From NCBI GenBank assembly GCA_900548775.1, contig URLM01000007.1, positions 1,798 through 65,797 of the forward strand: DNA of 64,000 bases, given 5' to 3'. Under the pieces are notes generated by a model, which was given only the letters and a program-made list of their open reading frames with translations, was not told the DNA's origin and searched no databases. The translations under genes and the position numbers were made by a program. Below are positions 1 to 8,780 of the stretch, piece by piece; within the stretch, counting starts at the first letter, position 1, and every line of letters starts with the position of its first letter. This stretch comes from an uncultured Olsenella sp. (GTDB lineage: Bacteria > Actinomycetota > Coriobacteriia > Coriobacteriales > Atopobiaceae).

Positions 1-608
1 CGGTCCTGCGTGAGCACCACAAGCGCACGGTCGGCGGGCTCTGCTCCGGGAACCTCAGGCGCACCGTCGAGCCCCATGGCAACGGCAAAGGGAATCGAGT
101 CTGTGGTGCCGCCGTCGAGGTAGCGATGGCCGTCTATCTCGACCATCGTCGAGACGCCCGGCAACGAGGCGGAGGCGCGGGCCTTGGTGGCGTCGAGCTT
201 CTCGCCCTCCACGTGCAGATAGGCCGGTGCACCAAAGAGCACGTCAGACGCCACGAAGTACATGGGCGTGAGGTCCTTGTTAAAGACGTCGAGGTCGCAG
301 GGGTCAATGTGGTTCTGGACCTCGTCGTACATGAAGTCGGTCCCCGCAAGGTTGCCCGTGCGCACGAGCGAGAGGAGAGACATCATGCGCGGGTCGTCGC
401 GAAACGTGAGCATGACGCGCATGGTGCGGCCAATCTGGCGCGAGCGATAGCTCACGGCGTTGAGCGCGCCGGCCGAGACACCCCACACGCTCTTGAAGGA
501 GCTGGTGTAGATGCCGTTCTCGAGAAGGACGTCGAGAACGCCTGCCGTGAAGATGCCCCTGTAGCCGCCACCCTCGAGCACGAGGGCGGGCTTGTCGCTG
601 CTGCCCAT
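1..608 (-). CDS. Patatin-like phospholipase family protein (3' end runs off window)
   Basis: Manual translation from ATG at 608: MGSSDKPALVLEGGGYRGIFTAGVLD...WGVSAGA...YLDGGTTDSIP, giving the GGGxRG, GxSxG and DGG patatin motifs. Not in the ORF track because there is no stop in the window. Confidence 0.9.
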   Translation of the reverse strand, partial: MGSSDKPALVLEGGGYRGIFTAGVLDVLLENGIYTSSFKSVWGVSAGALNAVSYRSRQIGRTMRVMLTFRDDPRMMSLLSLVRTGNLAGTDFMYDEVQNHIDPCDLDVFNKDLTPMYFVASDVLFGAPAYLHVEGEKLDATKARASASLPGVSTMVEIDGHRYLDGGTTDSIPFAVAMGLDGAPEVPGAEPADRALVVLTQD

Positions 609-668
609 AGACCGCCTCCGAATACGAACCGTCACGTTGCCACGCCACGCGCGACCACCCAACTATAC

Positions 669-711
669 AAAAAGCGCCGAGCCCCATAGAGGGGTTCGAC
701 GCCTACGCTTT
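669..711. terminator. Likely intrinsic terminator downstream of ssrA
   Basis: AAAAGCG...CGCTTTT enclosing a GC-rich hairpin directly after the tmRNA CCA end. Confidence 0.65.
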
Positions 712-1083
712 TGGTGGAGGTGCGGAGAATCGAACTCCGGTCCAAAGCACGCCCCTGACAGGTGTCTCCAGGCTCAGCTGCCGGTCGGGTCTCGGAGGCC
801 GCGCACCCGGTAGCCCGCGCTTGGCCTCCCAGCCGGTTTGGTCTTAGCGCGCGGCATACCGACTACATCCGCGCGAGCGTCTCCCTAGAATGACGCCGCC
901 CCGGGAGCGGGAGAGACCCCCGGTTTGACGCGCTGGTTAGTTAAGACTAAGCAGCGAGAGCCAGCTGAGGCTCAAAAGAAGAGTTGTCGTCAATTCAATT
1001 TGACGGTTCCCCTGTTTTACGTGGCGAGGAGACCACGGCCTGCTGCCCATCTCAGATGCACCCTGTCGAAACCAGTCACCCCC
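712..1083 (-). ncRNA. ssrA: tmRNA (transfer-messenger RNA); tag ORF 947-991 encodes (A)DDNSSFEPQLALAA*
   Basis: 5' GGGGGTGACTGGTTTCGACAG and 3' GGAGTTCGATTCTCCGCACCTCCACCA form an Ala-type acceptor stem with a G3:U pair and a T-arm. The internal ORF ends in ...LALAA-TAG. smpB lies nearby. Confidence 0.96.
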
Positions 1084-1162
1084 AGAGATGGAATGGGGAC
1101 GCTGCCACCATACGCGTTATCAAAGAACGGCGGCACAGAGCCACATGGCATAGTCTACCCAA

Positions 1163-1440
1163 AAGGAAGATGTTCTCCACCGAAGGAAGTCATTCTCCAC
1201 CGCGCTTGTCAGAAAATGCCCTTGCGGAGAAAAACGGGCGCCAGAAGGCGCACTTCGTGCGGAATCCCATCGGAAACCTCGGCCCCGGCGTCATTTTCTC
1301 GCCGGAGGGCCCTTCTCGTGCGGAATCCCGTCGGAAATCCTAGTCCCGGCGTCATTTCCTCGCCGGAGGGCGCATTCTTGCGGGTAAACCGCACGAAGGT
1401 CGTGTTCCGGCGTCATTTTCTCGCCGGAGGGCGCGTTCTC
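1163..1440. repeat. 61-bp-period array of palindromic units CCGGCG-N9-CGCCGGAGGGC (cluster A)
   Basis: Cores at 1285, 1346 and 1407 (exactly 61 bp apart), plus degenerate cores at 1224 and about 1163. Confidence 0.85.
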
Positions 1441-1469
1441 GCAAGAGGCCGAACCGGGCCCCAGTCGCG

Positions 1470-2198
1470 CTAGCGCTGCTGGGGCTCCCCGGCCTCGGCC
1501 GCAGCTGCAGCCGCAGCAGCGGCGACGCGCTCGCGAGCGCGCTTCTCGCGATCCTGGAACATCACGAAGAACGCAATCACAAGCAGCACGGGGCTCACGA
1601 GAATCGCCTTCAGGCCCAACGCTCCAATGACGCGGCTACCTGCGATCGCGCCGATGGCAAAGCAGAGAATCACCCCGTAGTAGAGCAGGCACCCCTCGAG
1701 GTAGCTGCGGTCCTTCTCGTGCAGATAGTCCACGAGCCTCTGGGTACCGCTTCGCAAATTGCCAATGCACATGGTTGTGGCAAAGCCGTTTCCATGGAGC
1801 TTCCTGAACGCCTGGACCTGAATGCCGCAGCCCAGCGAGGTAAGGCTATTCGCAATGAGGTTGAGGTCGTCGGGAATGAACGCCACCACAAGGAGAAGCG
1901 CAGCCTCAACGAGAAGCGCGACCTGACGCCAGTGCAAACGACGCTCCTTCGAGAAAAGCTTGATGGAGTGCGCAAGGGCGATCCCAACGGCAAACGCAGC
2001 CACGGGCACGGCGTAGTGAAGCGCGCGGTCAACGTCGCCGTCGGCGAGATTTACGCCAAAGAGCAGGATGTTTCCGGTTTGGGCGTTGGCAAAGACCTTC
2101 CCGCGCGCGAGGTACGAGTATGCGTCCATGAGGCCACCGGAGAATGCGAGAATCGCCGCCAGCTCGATTGACTCCGACGTCTGCTTAGCGCGCTTCAT
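1470..2198 (-). CDS. YoaK/DUF1275 family membrane protein
   Basis: Motifs GGLMDAYSY...FANAQTGN and ATTMCIGNLR; multiple hydrophobic helices. Confidence 0.85.
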   Translation of the reverse strand: MKRAKQTSESIELAAILAFSGGLMDAYSYLARGKVFANAQTGNILLFGVNLADGDVDRALHYAVPVAAFAVGIALAHSIKLFSKERRLHWRQVALLVEAALLLVVAFIPDDLNLIANSLTSLGCGIQVQAFRKLHGNGFATTMCIGNLRSGTQRLVDYLHEKDRSYLEGCLLYYGVILCFAIGAIAGSRVIGALGLKAILVSPVLLVIAFFVMFQDREKRARERVAAAAAAAAAEAGEPQQR

Positions 2199-2311
2199 CT
2201 ACCAGGGCCTCCTAGCCTTGCGGGGCGTCCGCCATCATCACACGCCCCTATCGGCCGCGCACCGCAACGTCGGCCCCAAAGCCGCCACGGCCTCGCCATT
2301 GTAGCGCAGGG

Positions 2312-3133
2312 CTAACACGCCTGAGGCTCGATGAACTTCTCGACCACTTCTGCAAGGACGCCGTCGTCGCAGCTGGAGCGAGCTGCATACCCCGCGAGGT
2401 CATCGATGCCATCGGTTGCATTCGAGACGGCAACCCCCATACCCGCGGCCTCAATCATGGGCAGGTCGTTAAGGGAGTCGCCCACCGCGATGGTCTCTGC
2501 CATGTCGACGCCAAGGATGCGCGCAAGGGCACGCAGCCCGCGCCCCTTGTCCACGCCCATGGGAAGGCACTCGAGGTAGCGGCCGGACGAGTACGTAAAC
2601 GCGGTCCCCGGCACCTCGCCGATCTGCTCTGCCATCTGATGGAGAAACACGAGGTCGTGGCGGACAAAGAGAATCTTGGCGAGAGGCACGTCCCGCAGGA
2701 AGTCGATGGAGGCACCGTCGAACTCCCGGTATCCCATGTGGCCGTCGAGGTAGCGCCTATCATCTTCTGGCAGGTTGGCCGCCCACACGGTGCCATCGCT
2801 CTGGTAGATGTGAACCCCCACATCGAAGGCCCTGCCACGCTCGAAGAGGTCGCGCGCCACATCAAAGGGAAGCGAGTGGGCCTCAAGCGGGTGGGATTCG
2901 CCCACGCGGTTGATGGTGCCGCCGTTGTACGAGATCACATAGCTGCCGTCGAGAAGGTCGGCCGGCGCAGACGAGAAGCTCTCGAGTATCGAGGAATACG
3001 GCCTCCCCGATGCCGGCACGAAGAGCACCCCCAGCTCCCGCATGCGTCGTATTGCTTCGACGTTTGCCCTGGGAATGCTGTGGTCATGGGCGAGAAAGGT
3101 CTCGTCCATGTCACTTGCGACCAGCTTGTACAT
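2312..3133 (-). CDS. Cof-type HAD-IIB family hydrolase
   Basis: MYKLVASDMDETFL (motif I), ASGR, DKGRGL, VGDSLNDLPM. Confidence 0.9.
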   Translation of the reverse strand: MYKLVASDMDETFLAHDHSIPRANVEAIRRMRELGVLFVPASGRPYSSILESFSSAPADLLDGSYVISYNGGTINRVGESHPLEAHSLPFDVARDLFERGRAFDVGVHIYQSDGTVWAANLPEDDRRYLDGHMGYREFDGASIDFLRDVPLAKILFVRHDLVFLHQMAEQIGEVPGTAFTYSSGRYLECLPMGVDKGRGLRALARILGVDMAETIAVGDSLNDLPMIEAAGMGVAVSNATDGIDDLAGYAARSSCDDGVLAEVVEKFIEPQAC

Positions 3134-3279
3134 GCGCGCCCCCTGACCAGCGGCAACCCGCACCCGCGTGCGCCAACTTTACAGACGGCTCCAACATACA
3201 ACACGAGGCGGGCCGGAGCCACATACACGGCACCGGCCCGCCTCATCGATGCGAGGAACGCTTCGCTGGGTTGCTCCAG

Positions 3280-3423
3280 TTACTCCTCGACGAGCTCGAA
3301 CATGTCGGGGCCAACGCCGCACACGGGGCAGACGTAGTCCTCGGGAAGCTCGGGAGTGTCAACGGTGACCTCGTAGCCGCAGACGGTGCAGCGGAAGGTG
3401 TAGGTCTTCTTCTCGTCAGCCAT
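3280..3423 (-). CDS. Short rubredoxin-like protein (47 aa)
   Basis: FRCTVCGY...[29 protein letters not shown] upstream of ATG 3423. Confidence 0.85.
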   Translation of the reverse strand: MADEKKTYTFRCTVCGYEVTVDTPELPEDYVCPVCGVGPDMFELVEE

Positions 3424-3513
3424 GGTGGTTCCTCTCTCTTGAGTGCACGCGTACCTTGCCAACAAATGCTACTTACGAGCTTACATCAACCGTGGCGCAC
3501 CACGGGCAGAACG

Positions 3514-4179
3514 CTAATCAATCTTTGTAAAGTTCTCGGGGCCAACGCCGCAGACAGGACAGCGGAAGTCCGCAGGGAGTTCCTCGTCGGTGGTCTCGTA
3601 GACGTACCCGCAGACGTTGCAGCGGAAGTGGTGCTTGGGCGCCGAGACGGGCACGACGAGCTTGGTTGGGTCCTCTCCCTCGATGTAGGAGGACGCCTTG
3701 GGCGGCGTCTTTCCCTTGAGGACGCCGTGATAGTACGCGTAGGTCATGGGCTCCTCGTCCGAGATGCGCTCGGCATCGGAGACCTCGCCAATGAACATGA
3801 TGTGGGTGCCCAGGTCAACGGTGTTCACGACCGCGCAGCAGACCATGGCGCACGCGTGCTCCGGCGTGTAGGGGTCGAAGAGCAACGAGGTCTTGGTGGG
3901 GATGCCCTCGAACTTGTCGACGTCGGCAGAGCTCTTGAAGCCAAAGCGACCAATGAACGGCATGTCTGCCGACTTGGAGACCACCGTGAGCGTGAAGTGC
4001 TCCGCCGCCTTCACGACCTGGGTGGTGTGATTCTGCTTGTTAAGCGTGACAGCAACCTGCAGCGGGTCGCCCGTCACCTGCAGCGCAGTGTTGATGAGGC
4101 AGGCGCCAACGTTCTCGCCGTCGTTGGCCGACACCACATAGAGCCCGTACGAGAAACTGAACATCGCCTTTGCGTCCAT
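3514..4179 (-). CDS. Flavin reductase-like domain fused to C-terminal rubredoxin (high-molecular-weight rubredoxin-like)
   Basis: SYGLYVVS...GTHIMFIGEV...MTYAYYH flavin reductase motifs, followed by CNVCGY...CPVCGV. Confidence 0.85.
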   Translation of the reverse strand: MDAKAMFSFSYGLYVVSANDGENVGACLINTALQVTGDPLQVAVTLNKQNHTTQVVKAAEHFTLTVVSKSADMPFIGRFGFKSSADVDKFEGIPTKTSLLFDPYTPEHACAMVCCAVVNTVDLGTHIMFIGEVSDAERISDEEPMTYAYYHGVLKGKTPPKASSYIEGEDPTKLVVPVSAPKHHFRCNVCGYVYETTDEELPADFRCPVCGVGPENFTKID

Positions 4180-4240
4180 GGGTCTCCTCTCCTCGACCTT
4201 GCGGACCAGACGTTTCCATCATATCGCCCGGCGGCGCGAC

Positions 4241-4717
4241 CTAGCGGCTCCTCTCCTTGAGCGCGCGTTGAATCTCGCGGTCGGTATCGCGGCGCGCCAT
4301 GTCGTCGCGCTTGTCGTAGAGCTTCTTGCCGCGGCAGAGGCCAATGCAGAGCTTCACGCGGTTGTGCTCGTCAAAGTAAAGCTCAAGCGGAATGAGGGCC
4401 ATGCCCTTGGTGCGGAGCTTGCCGTCAAGGTAGTCAATCTGATGACGATGCAGCAGGAGCCGGCGCTTCCTGTCAGGGTCCACGTTCCACACGCCGCCGT
4501 TGGAGTAGGGGTGGATGTGCACGCCATGCAGCCACACCTCTCCCCCGCGAACGAGGCAGAAGGCGTCCGTGATCTGCGATGCGCGCTCGCGCAGGCTTTT
4601 GACCTCGGTGCCGGTGAGCTCGACGCCCGCCTCGAAGGTCTCGTCCACAAAGTACTCGTGGCGTGCCGCGCGGTTGCGCGCGATGGTCTTCTTCTCGCGC
4701 TTAGTTGGCTTGGGCAT
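4241..4717 (-). CDS. smpB: SsrA-binding protein
   Basis: NRAARHEY, AGVELTGTEVKSLR, GKKLYDKR; start taken at ATG 4717. Confidence 0.97.
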   Translation of the reverse strand: MPKPTKREKKTIARNRAARHEYFVDETFEAGVELTGTEVKSLRERASQITDAFCLVRGGEVWLHGVHIHPYSNGGVWNVDPDRKRRLLLHRHQIDYLDGKLRTKGMALIPLELYFDEHNRVKLCIGLCRGKKLYDKRDDMARRDTDREIQRALKERSR

Positions 4718-5648
4718 CGCCCGCACCCCCGTTGACCTGCGACTCGTTTGAGGCATCTGCGGGCTTCTCGTCAGCGGCGCCCTCGGAGGCCGCCTCTTGG
4801 GCCATCTCGGCATCGGTGTCGCGGATGAGCTGCAGAAGCGTCATGGCCGCAGGCTCGCCCACCAGGTCTCGGGCTCGCAGCGTGAGGGTGGTGGCAACGT
4901 CGCGCTCGCCTGCGGCGGCAGCGTCCTGCGCGCACATGAGCAGGCAGATTGCCACCTCGGCGTTGGCGCCGTCTGGCAGGCCCTCCTCGGCGAGAAGGTC
5001 CGTGGTCTCCTTGTCGGTCACGCCGTCCGGATCTTGATCGGTACCTGCGGCCTGGTCAAGCGCAGCCTCGAGCGCGGAGTCCTCCACCTCGAGGCGCCTC
5101 GCCGCACGAAGCGCCGCTGCCGCTGTCCGGGACTTTCCCTGCGCCTCGAAGTACCCTGCGAAGTTGAGGAAGGCGCGAGCAAGGTGACGCGCGTCGCTTG
5201 CACGCTCGAAGCAGCTGTACGTAAGCGCCAGATACTCCTGCATGTCTCCGTTGGTGCGGAAGAGGTCGGCCAGGTCGAGGCGGTAGCCGCAGTTCATGGG
5301 GTTCCAGCGGACGGCCTGCTTGAGCGCCTCGACGCCCGCACTGTAGTCACCGATGCGCACGCACGCCAGGGCAAGGTCTGCATAGAGCCTGTCCAGCGGC
5401 TCGCCAACGTCGTGCAGGGTACGGGGATCGCTCTCCACGCGGCGATAGCACAGCCGGTCGAAAAGCGTGGGGAAGCTAAACCACTGGTCGCTCTCCGTGG
5501 CGGCGCAGTTGCGGTCCACATACTCCTCGGCGTCCTCGGCGAGACGCGCGAGCAGCTCTCGCGCCGCCTCGTCCTGTCCTTGCAGGATGAGTCCCTCCGC
5601 CTGCTCCAGGCTGTCGGTCAACGTGCTCTGGCTCTGCTCCTGGTTCAT
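4701..5648 (-). CDS. TPR-repeat protein, function unknown
   Basis: Helical TPR-like repeats (LYADLALACVRIGDYSAGVEALKQAVRWNP); overlaps the smpB start by 17 bp. Confidence 0.7.
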   Translation of the reverse strand: MNQEQSQSTLTDSLEQAEGLILQGQDEAARELLARLAEDAEEYVDRNCAATESDQWFSFPTLFDRLCYRRVESDPRTLHDVGEPLDRLYADLALACVRIGDYSAGVEALKQAVRWNPMNCGYRLDLADLFRTNGDMQEYLALTYSCFERASDARHLARAFLNFAGYFEAQGKSRTAAAALRAARRLEVEDSALEAALDQAAGTDQDPDGVTDKETTDLLAEEGLPDGANAEVAICLLMCAQDAAAAGERDVATTLTLRARDLVGEPAAMTLLQLIRDTDAEMAQEAASEGAADEKPADASNESQVNGGAGDAQAN

Positions 5649-5723
5649 GTCCCTCTCCCCTGGCCCGCCTGGGCCAAACTCACGCGCGAGACGCGCGGCA
5701 TGCACTGCTCGTTAGTCTTCCCA

Positions 5724-7775
5724 TTATTGCGCGACGCCACGCTGGTCCGCGAGCGCGAAGTCTATCCTGCCGCGTGGGATGTCCGTCTCGGCGACCACCA
5801 CGCGCACGCGCGTGCCCAGGGTCCACACGCGCCCAGACTCCTCGCCCGTGAGGGTCAGCCTGTCCTCGTCGTATTCGAGCCACTCCCCACCAAGCGCGCG
5901 CACGGGCAGCAGCCCCTCCGCGCAGGTGTCGTCGAGCATGACAAAGAGGCCGAACCGCTCGCAGCCGCACACCACGCCCCAGAAGGCCTCGCCGACGCGA
6001 TCCGCATAGAGCTCGGCCATCTTGATGTGCTGAGAAGCCCTCGCCGCGCCGTCCGCCGCGCGCTCCATCTGCGAGCACGTGGCACAGAGCTGCGGCAGCT
6101 GACCCGCGATCTGCTCCTGCTCCTTGCTGCCAAGCTTTCCGGCAAGAAGCGCCTTGAGCGCACGATGCACCAGCTCGTCCGGATAGCGCCTGATGGGAGA
6201 GGTGAAGTGGCAATACGCCTGCGCTCCCAGCGCGTAGTGGCCCTGGTTGGTGGGCAGGTAGACCGCCCGCTTCTGAGCGCGGAGGAGAAGGGAGCTGGCG
6301 AGGTACTCGCCCGAGGTCCCGCGGGCGGCGTCGAGCACGGCGTTGATTGCGGCGGGCTCCCCGGCGACGAGGGCCTCCCGCTGCGCATTCCCATCGATGA
6401 GGCCCAGCTCCATGAGGGGGCGTACGGTCGCCCGAAGGTCATCCGGGGAGGGTCGCTCGTGCACGCGATACGCGCAGGGGACCTCGCGGTCGGCAAGCAT
6501 GCGGGCAACGGACTCGTTGGCGAGAAGCATGGCCTCCTCGACCAGCCCCGTCGCTCGCGTGCGCGTGCGCACGGTCACGCCCGTGGGATGCCTCTCCTCG
6601 TCGAGCGTCACCTTGGGCTCCACGGTGTCGAAGTCGATCGAGCCGCGCTCCTCTCGGATGCGCTCGCGCAGCCCGCGGATGCAGTCGAGCGTGCGCAGCG
6701 CCTCCTCGAGCGCCTGCGCGTCCGCTGGATCTTCATGCAGCACGGAGGCATCCGCATGGCCGGCGAGCAGAGCGTCCACGGTGTCGTAGTCGAGCCGCGC
6801 CGTGGAGCGAATCGCCGAGGTCATGGCCTCGGCAGCCGTGAGGTTGCCGGCGGCATCAAGCTCCATGCGCACGCTCAAGGCGAGACGGTCCTCGCCAGGC
6901 CTGAGCGAGCACACGTCGTTGCACAGCCGCTCGGGGAGCATGGGCAGCACGCGGTCGACCAGGTAGGCGGAGCAGGTACGACGCTTGGCTTCGTTGCCGA
7001 TGGGACTGTCCCAGCCCACGTAGTGCGTGACGTCCGCGATGTGGACCCACAGCTCGAAGCCACCATCTTGCAGGCGTTTGGCAAAGACCGCATCGTCGAA
7101 GTCCCTGGCGTCCGTGGGATCGATGGTCACGCAGCGAAGGGAGCGCAGGTCACGTCGGGCGTGGTCACGCTCGAGCGCGTCCTCTACGTTGGCATGGATG
7201 CCCTCCGCCTGCGCAAGCGCCGCCGGCGGAAACTCCGTGGCAAGACCAAAGGAGGCGATGACCGACTCTATGTTGAGGTCGAGCTCGTCCGACGACCCCA
7301 CGCGGCGCTCGATGGTCACCACGGCAGCGCTGTTGCGCGTGGGATACTCCGCGATGCGTGCAACGACCACGTCGCCCTCCCCCACGCCAAGGCGCGCGGG
7401 CGACGTGTCCTCGGGTACCACGAAGAAGTCTCGGCCAAGCCGGGCATCGAGCGGCATCACGGCGCCGAGCGGCCCGGCCAGCTCGAAGCGCCCGAGGAAG
7501 GTCGTCTGCGCGCGGGCTATGACCCCCTGGACAAGTGCGACCTTCTCGCCTCCACGCGCGGGGAACACCGATACCGTGACCTCGTCGCCGTTCATTGCCT
7601 CTCGAAGCCCGCGGCGGGCAACGCGGAAGCTGCCCTCGGGAGTCTCGACCGTGGCCACGCCCGGCCTCGTCACGCGCAGGGTGCCCACAAGCGTGGGGGA
7701 CCTGCGAAGTGCCGCCTTCCCGCCCCCGCGCCGGTGGTTGCCGCCTCGACGTGCGCCCGGACGTCTCCTGCCCAT
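5724..7775 (-). CDS. rnr: Ribonuclease R (RNB family exoribonuclease)
   Basis: TIDPTDARDFDDA catalytic motif, HFTSPIRRYPD, C-terminal S1 domain; located near smpB. Confidence 0.92.
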   Translation of the reverse strand: MGRRRPGARRGGNHRRGGGKAALRRSPTLVGTLRVTRPGVATVETPEGSFRVARRGLREAMNGDEVTVSVFPARGGEKVALVQGVIARAQTTFLGRFELAGPLGAVMPLDARLGRDFFVVPEDTSPARLGVGEGDVVVARIAEYPTRNSAAVVTIERRVGSSDELDLNIESVIASFGLATEFPPAALAQAEGIHANVEDALERDHARRDLRSLRCVTIDPTDARDFDDAVFAKRLQDGGFELWVHIADVTHYVGWDSPIGNEAKRRTCSAYLVDRVLPMLPERLCNDVCSLRPGEDRLALSVRMELDAAGNLTAAEAMTSAIRSTARLDYDTVDALLAGHADASVLHEDPADAQALEEALRTLDCIRGLRERIREERGSIDFDTVEPKVTLDEERHPTGVTVRTRTRATGLVEEAMLLANESVARMLADREVPCAYRVHERPSPDDLRATVRPLMELGLIDGNAQREALVAGEPAAINAVLDAARGTSGEYLASSLLLRAQKRAVYLPTNQGHYALGAQAYCHFTSPIRRYPDELVHRALKALLAGKLGSKEQEQIAGQLPQLCATCSQMERAADGAARASQHIKMAELYADRVGEAFWGVVCGCERFGLFVMLDDTCAEGLLPVRALGGEWLEYDEDRLTLTGEESGRVWTLGTRVRVVVAETDIPRGRIDFALADQRGVAQ

Positions 7776-7853
7776 GTGACCTCCCTGAGAAAACGGGGCG
7801 GCGCGAACAAGCCGCACCGCCCCTTCCTGCGAACTAATACTGTGATACCCCGC

Positions 7854-8780
7854 CTAGACCTTGAGGTAGCGCCTCATTGCAATGGCAGAGCTGAAGAGGC
7901 CGATGAGCACGCCAAGCACCAGAAGGCCGCCATAGGTGAGATAGAGCGCCTGCGGCGACACGTAGAACGAGAGGAACTTGAGGCTGTTCTCAAGCTTGGG
8001 CATCACGTAGCTCATGCCGCCAGCAAGCGCGACGATGGCAAGCCCGGCGCCAATGAGCGACTCGAGCGTGCCCTCCATGATGAACGGCCCACGTATGAAG
8101 CCGTTCGACGCGCCAACCAGACGCATGATGGCAATCTCCCTGCGACGGGCGGTGATGGCGAGGCGGATGGTGTTGTTGATGAACACGAACGCCACGAAGA
8201 TCAGGAGCACCACGAGCACGATGGCGGCGACGCGCACGATGTTCGTGACCGAGAAGAGCTTCTCGACGGTGTCGCGGCCGTACTGGACGTCGCTCGAGGG
8301 GTTGTCGGGCGTGTCGCAGACGGACTTGAAGGTCTCATCGGCGATGAGCTTCTCGGCCGTGCCCTCGACCTGCTGGGGATCGGTGAGCTTTATCACGAGC
8401 GAGGCCGGGATGGGGTTCTGGCCATCGAGCGCGGCAACGGCGTCGGAGGCGTTGCGCTGCGACATCGAGGTGCGGTACTGCTCGAGGTTCTCGTCCTTGC
8501 TGCGATACGTGACGGACTCGACGTTGTCCCAGCCCTGAATCTCGGTCTGGAGCTGCTGGACGGCGGCCTGATCGGCATCGTCGGCAAGGAAGGCCTGGAT
8601 GGTGACCTTGTCCTCGACGCTGCCCACCATGTTGCTGAGCACGTTGGAGGCAAGCGCAAAGGCCCCGATGATAAAGAGCGAAAGAAAGATGGTCACGATT
8701 GCTCCGAGCACCGTCGACCAGTTCCTGCGGAAGTGATGACCCGCCTCGCGCAGCGAGTAGGTGAAGTTAGAGGGCGCCAT
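7854..8780 (-). CDS. ftsX: Cell division permease FtsX
   Basis: INNTIRLAITARRREIAIMRLVGASNGFIRGPF; adjacent to ftsE. Confidence 0.93.
   Translation of the reverse strand: MAPSNFTYSLREAGHHFRRNWSTVLGAIVTIFLSLFIIGAFALASNVLSNMVGSVEDKVTIQAFLADDADQAAVQQLQTEIQGWDNVESVTYRSKDENLEQYRTSMSQRNASDAVAALDGQNPIPASLVIKLTDPQQVEGTAEKLIADETFKSVCDTPDNPSSDVQYGRDTVEKLFSVTNIVRVAAIVLVVLLIFVAFVFINNTIRLAITARRREIAIMRLVGASNGFIRGPFIMEGTLESLIGAGLAIVALAGGMSYVMPKLENSLKFLSFYVSPQALYLTYGGLLVLGVLIGLFSSAIAMRRYLKV

Noticed and set aside
609..760. Prophage or island integrated at the ssrA 3' end
   Set aside because: The tmRNA end is followed directly by a terminator and a patatin gene. No integrase or duplicated att sequence is seen.
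1224..1440. CRISPR array call for the 61-bp periodic repeats (also 24217-24616)
   Set aside because: Spacers resemble each other, repeats vary in the loop, there is no AT-rich leader and no cas gene in the window. Reported as a repeat family instead.
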